DNA of 38,106 nucleotides from a bacterium (GTDB lineage Bacteria; Patescibacteriota; Minisyncoccia; UBA6257; UBA9933): NCBI GenBank assembly GCA_021791445.1, contig JAJYWO010000014.1, positions 1 to 38,106 of the forward strand, read 5' to 3'. Shown piece by piece: positions 31,349 to 38,106 of this stretch (position 1 is its first letter; each line of letters starts with the position of its first letter). The notes under the pieces were generated by a model. It saw only the letters and a program-made list of their open reading frames with translations, ran no database searches and was not told where the DNA came from. The position numbers and the translations under genes were made by a program.

Positions 31349-32050
31349 ATCTAAAATAATTTCCTTTATTTGCGAAATTTCCAAATTTTTAAGCCATTCC
31401 TCTGTTTCTTTTTTATATCCATCGGAACCGTTAAAAATTTTTAAAAGAAAGTTTCGCGATGTGATTGATGGAAAATTTTTAATTCCCATATAATCTAAAT
31501 GACTGCTCCAGCGATAATTATCTAAAAACTCAATCGCTTCTTTATAATTATTTATATCTCTTTGCCGCCATTCCGGCGCCACTAAATCAAGCGGATTTAA
31601 ATGAATATAATAAGGGATATGAATAAAATGACTTTCCTCGGTTATTGGAACCGATTTATATCTTCCTTCAAAAAGCGCGCCCTTACGTTCGTATTTTTGA
31701 TTAAAATAATGTGCATAACCCATATTTAATCTTTGCATAAATTTTAATAACCCATCATCAACGCGCGGCCTAATTAAAAGATGATAATGATTTGGCATTA
31801 GACAAAAAGCTAATATTTCTGCTAATAATTCTCTATTTTTTGAATTTTCATTAATATAAGGCCTCCCGGAGGCCTTCAAATCATCTCGAAAACGACGAGT
31901 TAAATTATTAATAGGGTTAACATCATTAAATTCAAATAAATTATGAATAAAACGATATTTATCTTCGTCATTTAAAAATATATCTCTTTTATCTACACCC
32001 CTGTTTAATACGTGATATATGTTTCCTGGAATAATTTTTTCTCTTATCAT
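31346..32050 (-). CDS. REP-associated tyrosine transposase (RAYT; IS200/IS605-like Y1 HUH transposase)
   Basis: YHVLNRG, HUH motif NHYHLLI, GYAHYFNQKYERKGALFEGRYKS, and catalytic-Tyr region YIHLNP. Confidence 0.85.
   Translation of the reverse strand: MIREKIIPGNIYHVLNRGVDKRDIFLNDEDKYRFIHNLFEFNDVNPINNLTRRFRDDLKASGRPYINENSKNRELLAEILAFCLMPNHYHLLIRPRVDDGLLKFMQRLNMGYAHYFNQKYERKGALFEGRYKSVPITEESHFIHIPYYIHLNPLDLVAPEWRQRDINNYKEAIEFLDNYRWSSHLDYMGIKNFPSITSRNFLLKIFNGSDGYKKETEEWLKNLEISQIKEIILD
31858..31876. repeat. REP-like palindrome, copy 2, in frame inside the RAYT gene (encodes KASGRP)
   Basis: AAGGCCTCC-C-GGAGGCCTT with 9-bp arms. The coding strand reads TTG AAG GCC TCC GGG AGG CCT TAT. Confidence 0.9.
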
Positions 32051-32062
32051 ATTATTTTTTAT

Positions 32063-32087
32063 ATGAAGGCCTCCCGGAGGCCTTCAT
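32063..32087. repeat. REP-like palindrome, copy 3 (ATGAAGGCCTCC-C-GGAGGCCTTCAT)
   Basis: 12-bp arms, lying between the RAYT start and the stop of the LTD gene. Confidence 0.9.
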
Positions 32088-32089
32088 TA

Positions 32090-32941
32090 TTAAAATTGGG
32101 AGTTTTGGGGATTGGGAATATTTTGGACTTTAAATTCGCCCCTGCTCCACGATACGCTGTTGGAGAAAACGCGCTCTAAACTTTGGCCTTTGCCAATTTC
32201 ATCCCAACTGATATCTTCTATAATCTCGCCATCGGCATTATAAAGAACCACGGCATTATTTTTATAAGCCAATGTTGTTGAATAAAAAATGTCCGGCTGA
32301 ATGCCGCCGCTGTAACCATCTTTTTGCGCCAATAATAAATGAGATTTCGGCGCGATTTTTTTGTCTTTAAAATTTCCCGCTTTGGTATTATTGGAAATAA
32401 TTGTTGATTCACTGCCACTGGAACTTCTTTTTTTGATTAAATATCCGGTTAAATCAACTTCAACGTCATTTGGATTGTAAAGTTCAATAAATTCGTAATT
32501 CGCGTTGCCGTCTATACCAACCAAAATTTCGCTAATGCCAATATTAATGATTTGAGCTATTGGGATTGGAGTTGAAGTTACGGCTGATGTAGACGAAACA
32601 GAAATTGTGGAAGAGGTAGGAAAGATTGGACTAATGGTATTTATGGGAGTTATGGGAGTTATGGGAGTTGATGAGGCGGGCGCGGGAACGGCTGGCGCGA
32701 TGATTGAAGTTATATTTATTTTTGAAGAAGTCTGTTTCGTTAATTTTTTTTCAGAAACTTTTTCGGAAACCGGAATTTGATTTTCAAGAATATTTATTTT
32801 CCCGACGCTTTGAAAGCCGTCGGATGCTTTATCCGCCCTGCCAAAAAAATTTTCCGGCATGGAAATTTTCACAATACCGGAATAAAAAGCCAAACCGACA
32901 ACAGCTGAAAAAATTATCGCGGTCAAGATAACTATTTTCAT
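32090..32941 (-). CDS. Membrane-anchored lamin-tail-domain (LTD) protein
   Basis: N-terminal TM segment, an S/T/P-rich linker (TPITPITPINTISPIFP), and an LTD signature ISEILVGIDGNANYEFIELYNPNDVEVDLTGYLI. Its C-terminal PNPQNSQF echoes PNPQNSQNF in the giant protein. Confidence 0.7.
   Translation of the reverse strand: MKIVILTAIIFSAVVGLAFYSGIVKISMPENFFGRADKASDGFQSVGKINILENQIPVSEKVSEKKLTKQTSSKINITSIIAPAVPAPASSTPITPITPINTISPIFPTSSTISVSSTSAVTSTPIPIAQIINIGISEILVGIDGNANYEFIELYNPNDVEVDLTGYLIKKRSSSGSESTIISNNTKAGNFKDKKIAPKSHLLLAQKDGYSGGIQPDIFYSTTLAYKNNAVVLYNADGEIIEDISWDEIGKGQSLERVFSNSVSWSRGEFKVQNIPNPQNSQF
32641..32667. repeat. Perfect 9-nt tandem repeat TTATGGGAG x3 (encodes the PIT-PIT-PI linker)
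   Basis: Read directly. Confidence 0.9.
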
Positions 32942-32948
32942 AATTGAT

Positions 32949-32987
32949 GTCCGCGTTAGTCCGCGTTTTAGTCCGCGTTAATCCGCG
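32949..32987. repeat. Four direct copies of TCCGCGT(T) spaced 10, 12 and 10 nt apart
   Basis: Copies start at 32949, 32959, 32971 and 32981. The tract spans the trxB stop codon and the 26-nt spacer before the LTD gene ATG (32941). It is a GC-rich island in AT-rich sequence. Confidence 0.85.
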
Positions 32988-33900
32988 TTTTGAAGTAATC
33001 GTTAATATTCAAAACCGCTTTGATGGCGTCGCCGATGGCGACATTGATTTGGCCGTACAAAACATCGGTGATGTCGCCGGCCGCCCAAATGCCCTCGCAG
33101 GAAGTCTGCTGAGTTTTACAATTAGCGATGATTTTCCCTTTTTCATTCATATCAACCAAGCCTTTGGCAACGGCGCTATTGGGCGCGTAGCCGATAGCCA
33201 CGAAAACACCATCGGTTTTCAATTCTTTGATTTCCCCGCTTTTGCGGTCTTCATATTTTAGGCTTGAAACGAAATCTGAGCCGACAATTTCTTTTGTCAT
33301 TGCCATTGAAATAAATTCAACTTTTCCGGACGATTTGGCTTTATCAATGTAAACAGGGTCGGCGCGAAATTCCTCGCCATATTCCAAAACATAGATTTTT
33401 GACGCGTAAGGAAGCAAGTCCAGAACCGCGTAAAATCCGGAATTGCCTCCGCCCACGACAACCGCGATTTTATTCTTCATTAAAGGCGCGTCGCAAGTGG
33501 AACAATAAAAAACACCCTTGCCTCCGAATTCTTTCTCGCCCGCGATACCGAGTTTACGATAGCTGCTGCCCAAAGTTATCAAAACAGTTTTTGTTTCAAA
33601 AGATTCTCCTTGATTCGTTAAAACCGAAAAGCCCGCGCCCGATTTGTCAATTTTCTCGGCGCGAATTCCTTCCTTAATTTCTATTCCTTCACAAGCGCGC
33701 AAATGCTCTTCCAAAACATTCTTCAATTCAATGCCGCTGATGGATTTAAAACCGATGAAATTGTTTATTTCCGCGGCAATCACCGACTGGCCGCCGAAAG
33801 ATTCGGCGATTAGCAGAGTTTTAAGTTTTTTCCGGCTGGCGTAAACGCCGGCCGCAACGCCGGCCGGCCCGCCGCCGAGAATTATTAAGTCGTAAATCAT
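32968..33900 (-). CDS. trxB: Thioredoxin-disulfide reductase
   Basis: FAD-binding motif YDLIILGGGPAGVAAG, redox-active CSTCD, NADPH-binding motif VVVGGGNSG, and C-terminal GIWAAGD. Confidence 0.9.
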   Translation of the reverse strand: MIYDLIILGGGPAGVAAGVYASRKKLKTLLIAESFGGQSVIAAEINNFIGFKSISGIELKNVLEEHLRACEGIEIKEGIRAEKIDKSGAGFSVLTNQGESFETKTVLITLGSSYRKLGIAGEKEFGGKGVFYCSTCDAPLMKNKIAVVVGGGNSGFYAVLDLLPYASKIYVLEYGEEFRADPVYIDKAKSSGKVEFISMAMTKEIVGSDFVSSLKYEDRKSGEIKELKTDGVFVAIGYAPNSAVAKGLVDMNEKGKIIANCKTQQTSCEGIWAAGDITDVLYGQINVAIGDAIKAVLNINDYFKTRINAD

Positions 33901-33903
33901 AAA

Positions 33904-34173
33904 TTATTGCCCAAGCGCTTTATCTATCTCCGGCCGGTTGAAGCCGACGATGATTGTGCCGTTAATGTCGATTACCGGCACGCCCATCTGATGGGATTTC
34001 GCGATCAATTCCTCACGCGCTTTTTCGTCAATTGAAACATCGGCTTCCTGATATTCAACGCCGAGTTTTTTGAAATAATCCTTTGCCATTATGCAATAAG
34101 GGCAAGTTTGAGTGGTGTAAATTTTGACCATTTTTTTATTTTTCAGAACCGACAACAGTTGTTTTATTCCCAA
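33904..34173 (-). CDS. Glutaredoxin-like small redox protein (CPYC)
   Basis: VKIYTTQTCPYCIMAKDYF...GVPVIDINGTIIVGF has the thioredoxin-fold pattern. The likely start is the Met at 34131 (MVKIYT...), just after the stop of the upstream gene. Confidence 0.75.
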   Translation of the reverse strand: MGIKQLLSVLKNKKMVKIYTTQTCPYCIMAKDYFKKLGVEYQEADVSIDEKAREELIAKSHQMGVPVIDINGTIIVGFNRPEIDKALGQ

Positions 34174-34321
34174 ATAAATCCCATAAAGAGCAGACGATAA
34201 TCAAAATTCCAGCAACCACATTGCTCCACATCGCCAGAGTGTAAGCCGAAAAACCGAGAATCCAAGGCGAAACCAAAACCCACAAACCGAGCAAAAAAAC
34301 AATCCATTTGAGTCCTTTCAT
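34136..34321 (-). CDS. SPW-repeat-like small membrane protein
   Basis: 61 aa with two TM helices and the LVSPWILGFS motif. Confidence 0.45.
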   Translation of the reverse strand: MKGLKWIVFLLGLWVLVSPWILGFSAYTLAMWSNVVAGILIIVCSLWDLFGNKTTVVGSEK

Positions 34322-34388
34322 AATTTTTATTTTTAAATATGTGAATATTTAAAAATTTAAAAACGACCTTTCTAAAATTATATAAAAT

Positions 34389-34425
34389 AAAAACTTCGGG
34401 TTCAATACCCGAAGTTTTTATTTCT
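34389..34425 (-). terminator. Intrinsic terminator (bidirectional-looking) after the zinc-ribbon gene
   Basis: AAAAACTTCGGG-TTCAATA-CCCGAAGTTTTT, with T-runs following the hairpin on both strands. Confidence 0.6.
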
Positions 34426-34433
34426 ATTTGCGA

Positions 34434-34808
34434 TTATCTGCGGAATCCGCCTCTGCCCCTGCCTCCGCCGAAAGAATCTCTCTTTTGGCGATGACAATCG
34501 CGGCACAGAAGCTGTCCGACCCTTGACGGATCCGGTTCAAAAGGAAGTTCTGTAATCGCAGCATTACACTGCGAACAATTCCAATTGCCCTTGAACATCT
34601 GTCTTTCGCCACCGAACGAACGTCCGCCCCTGTCTCCCCTGTCGAAGGAACCTCTTTTCGCTTTGTGGCACTCGCCGCACAAAAGCTGGTCCAATCGGGA
34701 TTCATCCGGCTCGAAAGGAAGTTCGGTAATTTGATTACCGCACTGCGAACACTGCCAGTTGCCCTGAACCATTTTGCGCTGAAAATCGCCTTGATTTCCG
34801 TAAGCCAT
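34434..34808 (-). CDS. Tandem zinc-ribbon protein (two CxxC...CxxC units), related to the CxxC-x17-CxxC type
   Basis: Internal duplication: GNWQCSQCGNQITELPFEPDESRLDQLLCGECHK and GNWNCSQCNAAITELPFEPDPSRVGQLLCRDCHR, each followed by an R/G-rich segment. Confidence 0.6.
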   Translation of the reverse strand: MAYGNQGDFQRKMVQGNWQCSQCGNQITELPFEPDESRLDQLLCGECHKAKRGSFDRGDRGGRSFGGERQMFKGNWNCSQCNAAITELPFEPDPSRVGQLLCRDCHRQKRDSFGGGRGRGGFRR

Positions 34809-34859
34809 TTTTGCCTTAATATTATTTATCGTCCCTTTACGTTTAATGCTAAGGCAAAA
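34809..34859 (-). promoter_or_regulatory. 5'-UTR hairpin ending at the start codon of the zinc-ribbon gene
   Basis: On the mRNA, UUUUGCCUUA pairs with UAAGGCAAAA (10 bp, 31-nt loop), and the 3' arm abuts the AUG. That arm contains the only SD-like AAGG. Confidence 0.4.
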
Positions 34860-34954
34860 TAGCTAAAAGCTCCTTGTCTTATACTAAACTGCTCGTATTT
34901 TATTATATTAATTTGAAATTGTCAATTGCCGCGATTTGGAGTAAAATAAATCCA

Positions 34955-36247
34955 ATGCGAACAAACTTTAAAAAACTTCTCATTCTTTTCGGCGATATTG
35001 CCGTTCTTTACGGGTCGCTTGTTTTAATGCTTGTGATTCGTTATGGCGCGGATTATTTCCCCAGCGCCTTGAAAAGCCACTTGGCGCCGTTTTCGCTGAT
35101 TTTTATCGTCTGGCTTCTGGTTTTTTACCTTTTTAATTTTTATTCGGAAAAATTTTTGAAATACGGTCCGGCCACGGTCCAAAATTTCATTTCGGCAATC
35201 GGGATTAACATCGCGCTTTCCGTGGCGATATTTTACATTTTTGAACCATTTTTTAAATTAACGCCTAAAACCAACCTTCTGATTTTCAGCTTGATATTTT
35301 TCATTATTGATTATGTTTGGCGCGCCGGATTATCTAAAATTTTCATCAGCCGCGGATTAAGAAAACAAATCATTATTGTCGGCAATTCGCCGGTTATTGA
35401 ACCACTGCTCAATTTTTTAAACAACAATCCGCAAATCGGTTACACGGCAGAAAAAAGAGAGATTGAAAATCTTATTAATCTTAACGGCATTGAAGCGCTT
35501 ATCATCAGCAATTCTCTTAAAAAAAATCCGAATGTCATCAAAAACATTTACAAACTTTTGCCGTTTAACGTGAAAATTTTCAGCTTGGCGGATTTTTATG
35601 AAACCATTTTCCAAAAAGCGCCATTGGAAGAAGTTGATGAATTATGGTTTGTGGAACAAATTTCCACCGCCACCCGCTTTTACGACGCCATAAAAAGATT
35701 TCTTGACGTTGTTTTGTCGCTGATTTTGATAATCGCCTTTTTGCCGCTGATTTTAATAATCGCCATTTTAATAAAAATCAATTCCAAAGGGCCGACAATT
35801 TACAAACAGCAAAGAATCGGCAAAAACGATTTTCCGTTCACGCTTTACAAATTCCGCACCATGAAAATCGGCGTTAATGGCCCATTGGCAACGGAGAAAA
35901 ACGACAAGCGCGTTTTCTTTGTCGGGAAAATTCTGCGCTTTACGCATTTGGACGAACTGCCGCAATTATGGAATATCTTAAAAGGCGACATTTCTTTTAT
36001 TGGGCCGCGGCCGGAAAGCAGCGACTTGGTTGAGATTTACAAAAAACTGCCTTATTATGAAATCCGCCACATCATCAAGCCCGGACTTACCGGCTGGGCG
36101 CAAGTTAATTACAAGGCCAGCGCCTCACCCGAAGAAGCGCATGAAAAACTGCGATATGACATCTACTATATTAAAAATCGTTCACTAGTATTGGATTTTT
36201 TGATATTACTGAAAACCATCAAATATATTTTTGTTTCACATAAATGA
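34955..36247 (+). CDS. Polyprenyl-phosphate glycosylphosphotransferase (WbaP/exopolysaccharide priming sugar transferase family)
   Basis: N-terminal TM helices. The C-terminal catalytic domain reads KRFLDVVLSLILIIAFLP...KGPTIYKQQRIGKN...FTLYKFRTM...DELPQLWNILKGDISFIGPRP. I prefer the ATG at 34955 over the TTG at 34874. Confidence 0.85.
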   Translation: MRTNFKKLLILFGDIAVLYGSLVLMLVIRYGADYFPSALKSHLAPFSLIFIVWLLVFYLFNFYSEKFLKYGPATVQNFISAIGINIALSVAIFYIFEPFFKLTPKTNLLIFSLIFFIIDYVWRAGLSKIFISRGLRKQIIIVGNSPVIEPLLNFLNNNPQIGYTAEKREIENLINLNGIEALIISNSLKKNPNVIKNIYKLLPFNVKIFSLADFYETIFQKAPLEEVDELWFVEQISTATRFYDAIKRFLDVVLSLILIIAFLPLILIIAILIKINSKGPTIYKQQRIGKNDFPFTLYKFRTMKIGVNGPLATEKNDKRVFFVGKILRFTHLDELPQLWNILKGDISFIGPRPESSDLVEIYKKLPYYEIRHIIKPGLTGWAQVNYKASASPEEAHEKLRYDIYYIKNRSLVLDFLILLKTIKYIFVSHK

Positions 36248-36251
36248 TAAA

Positions 36252-37721
36252 ATGATAAACAGGCTCAAAGACCTTCTTTTTACAAACCGTTCCGCCAAAC
36301 AGACAATCGTTAAAAACGTTTTTTGGCTAAGTACGTCGCAAGTCGGCAGCCGCTTAATAAGGGCGGCGATTATAATTTACGCGGCGCGAATTTTAGGCGC
36401 GGCGGAATACGGAATTTTTTCCTATGTTTTGAGTTTGGCGGGTTTTTTCACAATTTTCGCGGACCTTGGCGTTAATTCATTGATGACGCGGGAAATTGCG
36501 GGACATCCGGAAAAACGCTCGATTTATTTCGTCAACGCTTTACGGGTAAAAGCGATTTTAATTTCCATTACCGCGGCTCTGATTATTTTCGCGGCGCCAA
36601 AATTTTCCAATATTGAAGAAGCGATTGCCTTGTTGCCGTTTATGGCTTTACTCGTTTTTTTTGACAATCTGCGGGATTTTATTTTCGCTTATTTCCGAGG
36701 AATTGAAAAAATGGAACGGGAAGCGTTTTTAGTCGTTCTGATGAATACCGCCATCGCCGTCACCGGTTTTATTGTTCTTAATTTTTATAAAACAGCCGGC
36801 GCCTTGCTGTTTTCCTATATCGCCAGCGTGGCTATTTTAAGCATTGTCGCGCTTTATTTAATTAAAGATTTAATTGAAGGAATATTTAAAAATTTTAACA
36901 AAGAAATTTTCAAACAATTTATCCGCGATTCGTGGCCATTGGCTTTTACCGGATTATTCGGCGCTTTTATGATTAACATTGATGTTGTGATGTTGGGTTG
37001 GTGGCGGACGCCGGAAGAAATCGGCTATTATTCCGTCAGCCAGCGTATCGTCCAAATTCTTTACACCCTGCCGGCAATTATCGGCAGCGCAACATTTCCG
37101 ACAATAGCCAGATTTATCAGTCAAAAAGAAAAAAATAAAACTCAAGCTCTTAATGAAAAAACAATGTCTAGTCTTTACTTCGCGGCAATCCCCATGACAA
37201 TCGGCGGAATTATATTAAGCGGTTCAATTATAGAATTCGTTTTTGGAAAAGAATATCTGCCCGCAAGCGTTTCATTTCAAATTTTAATCGCCACCCTGCT
37301 TATCCAATTTCCCAGCGTTATTATGGGGAATTTAATAATGGCGCACAACCGGCAAAAACAGTTTTTCAAATACGCCGGAGCCGGAGCAGTATGCAATGTC
37401 ATTTTCAACGCTTTGTTTATCCCGATTTTTGGAATCGCCGGTTCGGCAATGGCGACAGTTATCGCTCAAATAGTTTATTTCGCCCCGGTATGGCTGAAAA
37501 TAAAACAAATTGGAAATTTTTACACCTTGCGGCATTTGAAAAAAATAATAATCGCCGGAATTGTTATGGGAATTTTCGGCTATATTTTTGACCGCTTTTT
37601 AAAATTAAACGTTCTTATTAATATAATCGCTTGCGCCGGAATCTATTTCAGCGCACTCTACTTAATGAAAGAAAAAATTATCAGGGAAATAAAAGAATTA
37701 TTCACAAAGATAAAAAATTAA
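36252..37721 (+). CDS. Wzx-like oligosaccharide flippase (MOP superfamily polysaccharide biosynthesis protein)
   Basis: About 490 aa with 12 or more hydrophobic helices, directly after the priming transferase. The ATG at 36252 lies 5 nt after the upstream TGA. Confidence 0.7.
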   Translation: MINRLKDLLFTNRSAKQTIVKNVFWLSTSQVGSRLIRAAIIIYAARILGAAEYGIFSYVLSLAGFFTIFADLGVNSLMTREIAGHPEKRSIYFVNALRVKAILISITAALIIFAAPKFSNIEEAIALLPFMALLVFFDNLRDFIFAYFRGIEKMEREAFLVVLMNTAIAVTGFIVLNFYKTAGALLFSYIASVAILSIVALYLIKDLIEGIFKNFNKEIFKQFIRDSWPLAFTGLFGAFMINIDVVMLGWWRTPEEIGYYSVSQRIVQILYTLPAIIGSATFPTIARFISQKEKNKTQALNEKTMSSLYFAAIPMTIGGIILSGSIIEFVFGKEYLPASVSFQILIATLLIQFPSVIMGNLIMAHNRQKQFFKYAGAGAVCNVIFNALFIPIFGIAGSAMATVIAQIVYFAPVWLKIKQIGNFYTLRHLKKIIIAGIVMGIFGYIFDRFLKLNVLINIIACAGIYFSALYLMKEKIIREIKELFTKIKN

Positions 37722-38106
37722 AATAATTTTTCCAATTTTTCAACAATCACTTCTATAGTTAAATTTTCCGAGGCGTATTTGAATCCGTTTTCGCCCATTT
37801 CTCTCAATTTATTTTTATTCGCATAAATTTCACGAATTATTTTCTCGGCTTCTTCCAAATTATCCGATTTCGCGGCATACCCGCATTTCGCTTCGTTTAA
37901 AACGGAAAACCCGTCGCTTTCTTTGTTTAAAAACGCGACGATTGGCTTTCCGGCCGCCATATAGCCTAAAATTTTCCCGGGCACAAAAGACGTTTTATTG
38001 CCGGCGCTCAAACAAACAAACCCGACGTCAAAATCTTTAACAAGATACGGATATTCTTCTTTTGACACAAACGGCTTAATAACCACATTCTTAACATTTA
38101 AATCAT
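37718..38106 (-). CDS. Glycosyltransferase family 1 (GT4-type), C-terminal part; 5' end lies beyond the window
   Basis: VGFVCLSAGNKTSFVPGKILGYMAAGKPIVAF is typical of the GT1 C-terminal Rossmann domain. The reading frame stays open to the window edge. Confidence 0.65.
   Translation of the reverse strand, partial: DLNVKNVVIKPFVSKEEYPYLVKDFDVGFVCLSAGNKTSFVPGKILGYMAAGKPIVAFLNKESDGFSVLNEAKCGYAAKSDNLEEAEKIIREIYANKNKLREMGENGFKYASENLTIEVIVEKLEKLF

Larger units (their letters stand above)
31326..32087 (-). mobile_element. REPtron-like unit: RAYT gene bracketed by REP-like palindromes
   Basis: The palindrome GAAGGCCTCC-N-GGAGGCCTTC occurs at 31326-31348 (overlapping the stop codon), at 32063-32087 (12-bp stem, 13 nt upstream of the ATG), and internally at 31858-31876. 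Confidence 0.75.

Noticed and set aside
32944-33261. 105-aa plus-strand ORF starting in the TCCGCGT iterons
   Set aside because: It is antisense to the clearly identified trxB gene, and its N-terminus (SALVRVLVRV) is simply the repeat being translated.
1-38106. Alternative genetic code (UGA as a sense codon, as in some CPR lineages)
   Set aside because: Well-supported genes end at TGA exactly where the next gene begins (for example 36245-36247 before the flippase ATG, the RAYT stop at 31346, and the virB4 stop at 16236). Conserved proteins translate full-length under the standard code.

Overview
This is an AT-rich, very gene-dense window with tiny or overlapping intergenic gaps. Start codons are mostly preceded by A/T tracts rather than purine-rich Shine-Dalgarno sites. 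UGA is used as a stop (for example at 36245 and 31346), so the standard bacterial code applies. The gene content and style suggest a reduced Candidate Phyla Radiation / Patescibacteria (Parcubacteria-like) genome; that assignment is inference only.

Housekeeping genes I recognise:
- Cell envelope and tRNA modification: mltG, a SEDS FtsW/RodA gene, and tsaD.
- tRNAs: tRNA-Glu(UUC) and tRNA-Val(CAC).
- Translation and nucleotide metabolism: rplJ-rplL, ndk, and rsmA.
- Redox: a perR-ahpC pair and trxB plus a glutaredoxin-like gene.
- Polysaccharide: a terminal module of priming sugar transferase, Wzx-like flippase, and a partial GT1.

The accessory content is the interesting part:
1. An ~18-kb single-strand gene train (31193 down to 13016) contains a minimal monoderm-type T4SS-like set. 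Its parts are a PrgI/VirB3-like protein, a VirB4 ATPase encoded in three overlapping ORFs, a VirB6/TrbL-like polytopic protein, and a VirB2/TrbC-like pilin fused to an M15/LAS peptidoglycan peptidase. Several secreted or anchored proteins of unknown function sit among them.
2. A 1461-aa surface protein combines a zinc PLC / P1-nuclease-like domain, two lamin-tail domains and a duplicated C-terminal module. A second lamin-tail-domain protein lies nearby.
3. Two soluble TraD/VirD4-like ATPase paralogs are arranged convergently at 3439-6767. One has a degenerate Walker B motif. Beside them are membrane proteins and a sigma-70 region-4 / HARE-HTH protein.
4. A RAYT (IS200-like Y1 transposase) is flanked by REP-like palindromes and also carries one copy in frame inside its own gene.
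5. Several short-period repeat families occur inside genes and between them: 9-nt periodic, 7-nt periodic, an 18-nt palindrome encoding PPAGG, and GC-rich iterons.

No rRNA genes, CRISPR arrays, relaxase or integrase were seen.
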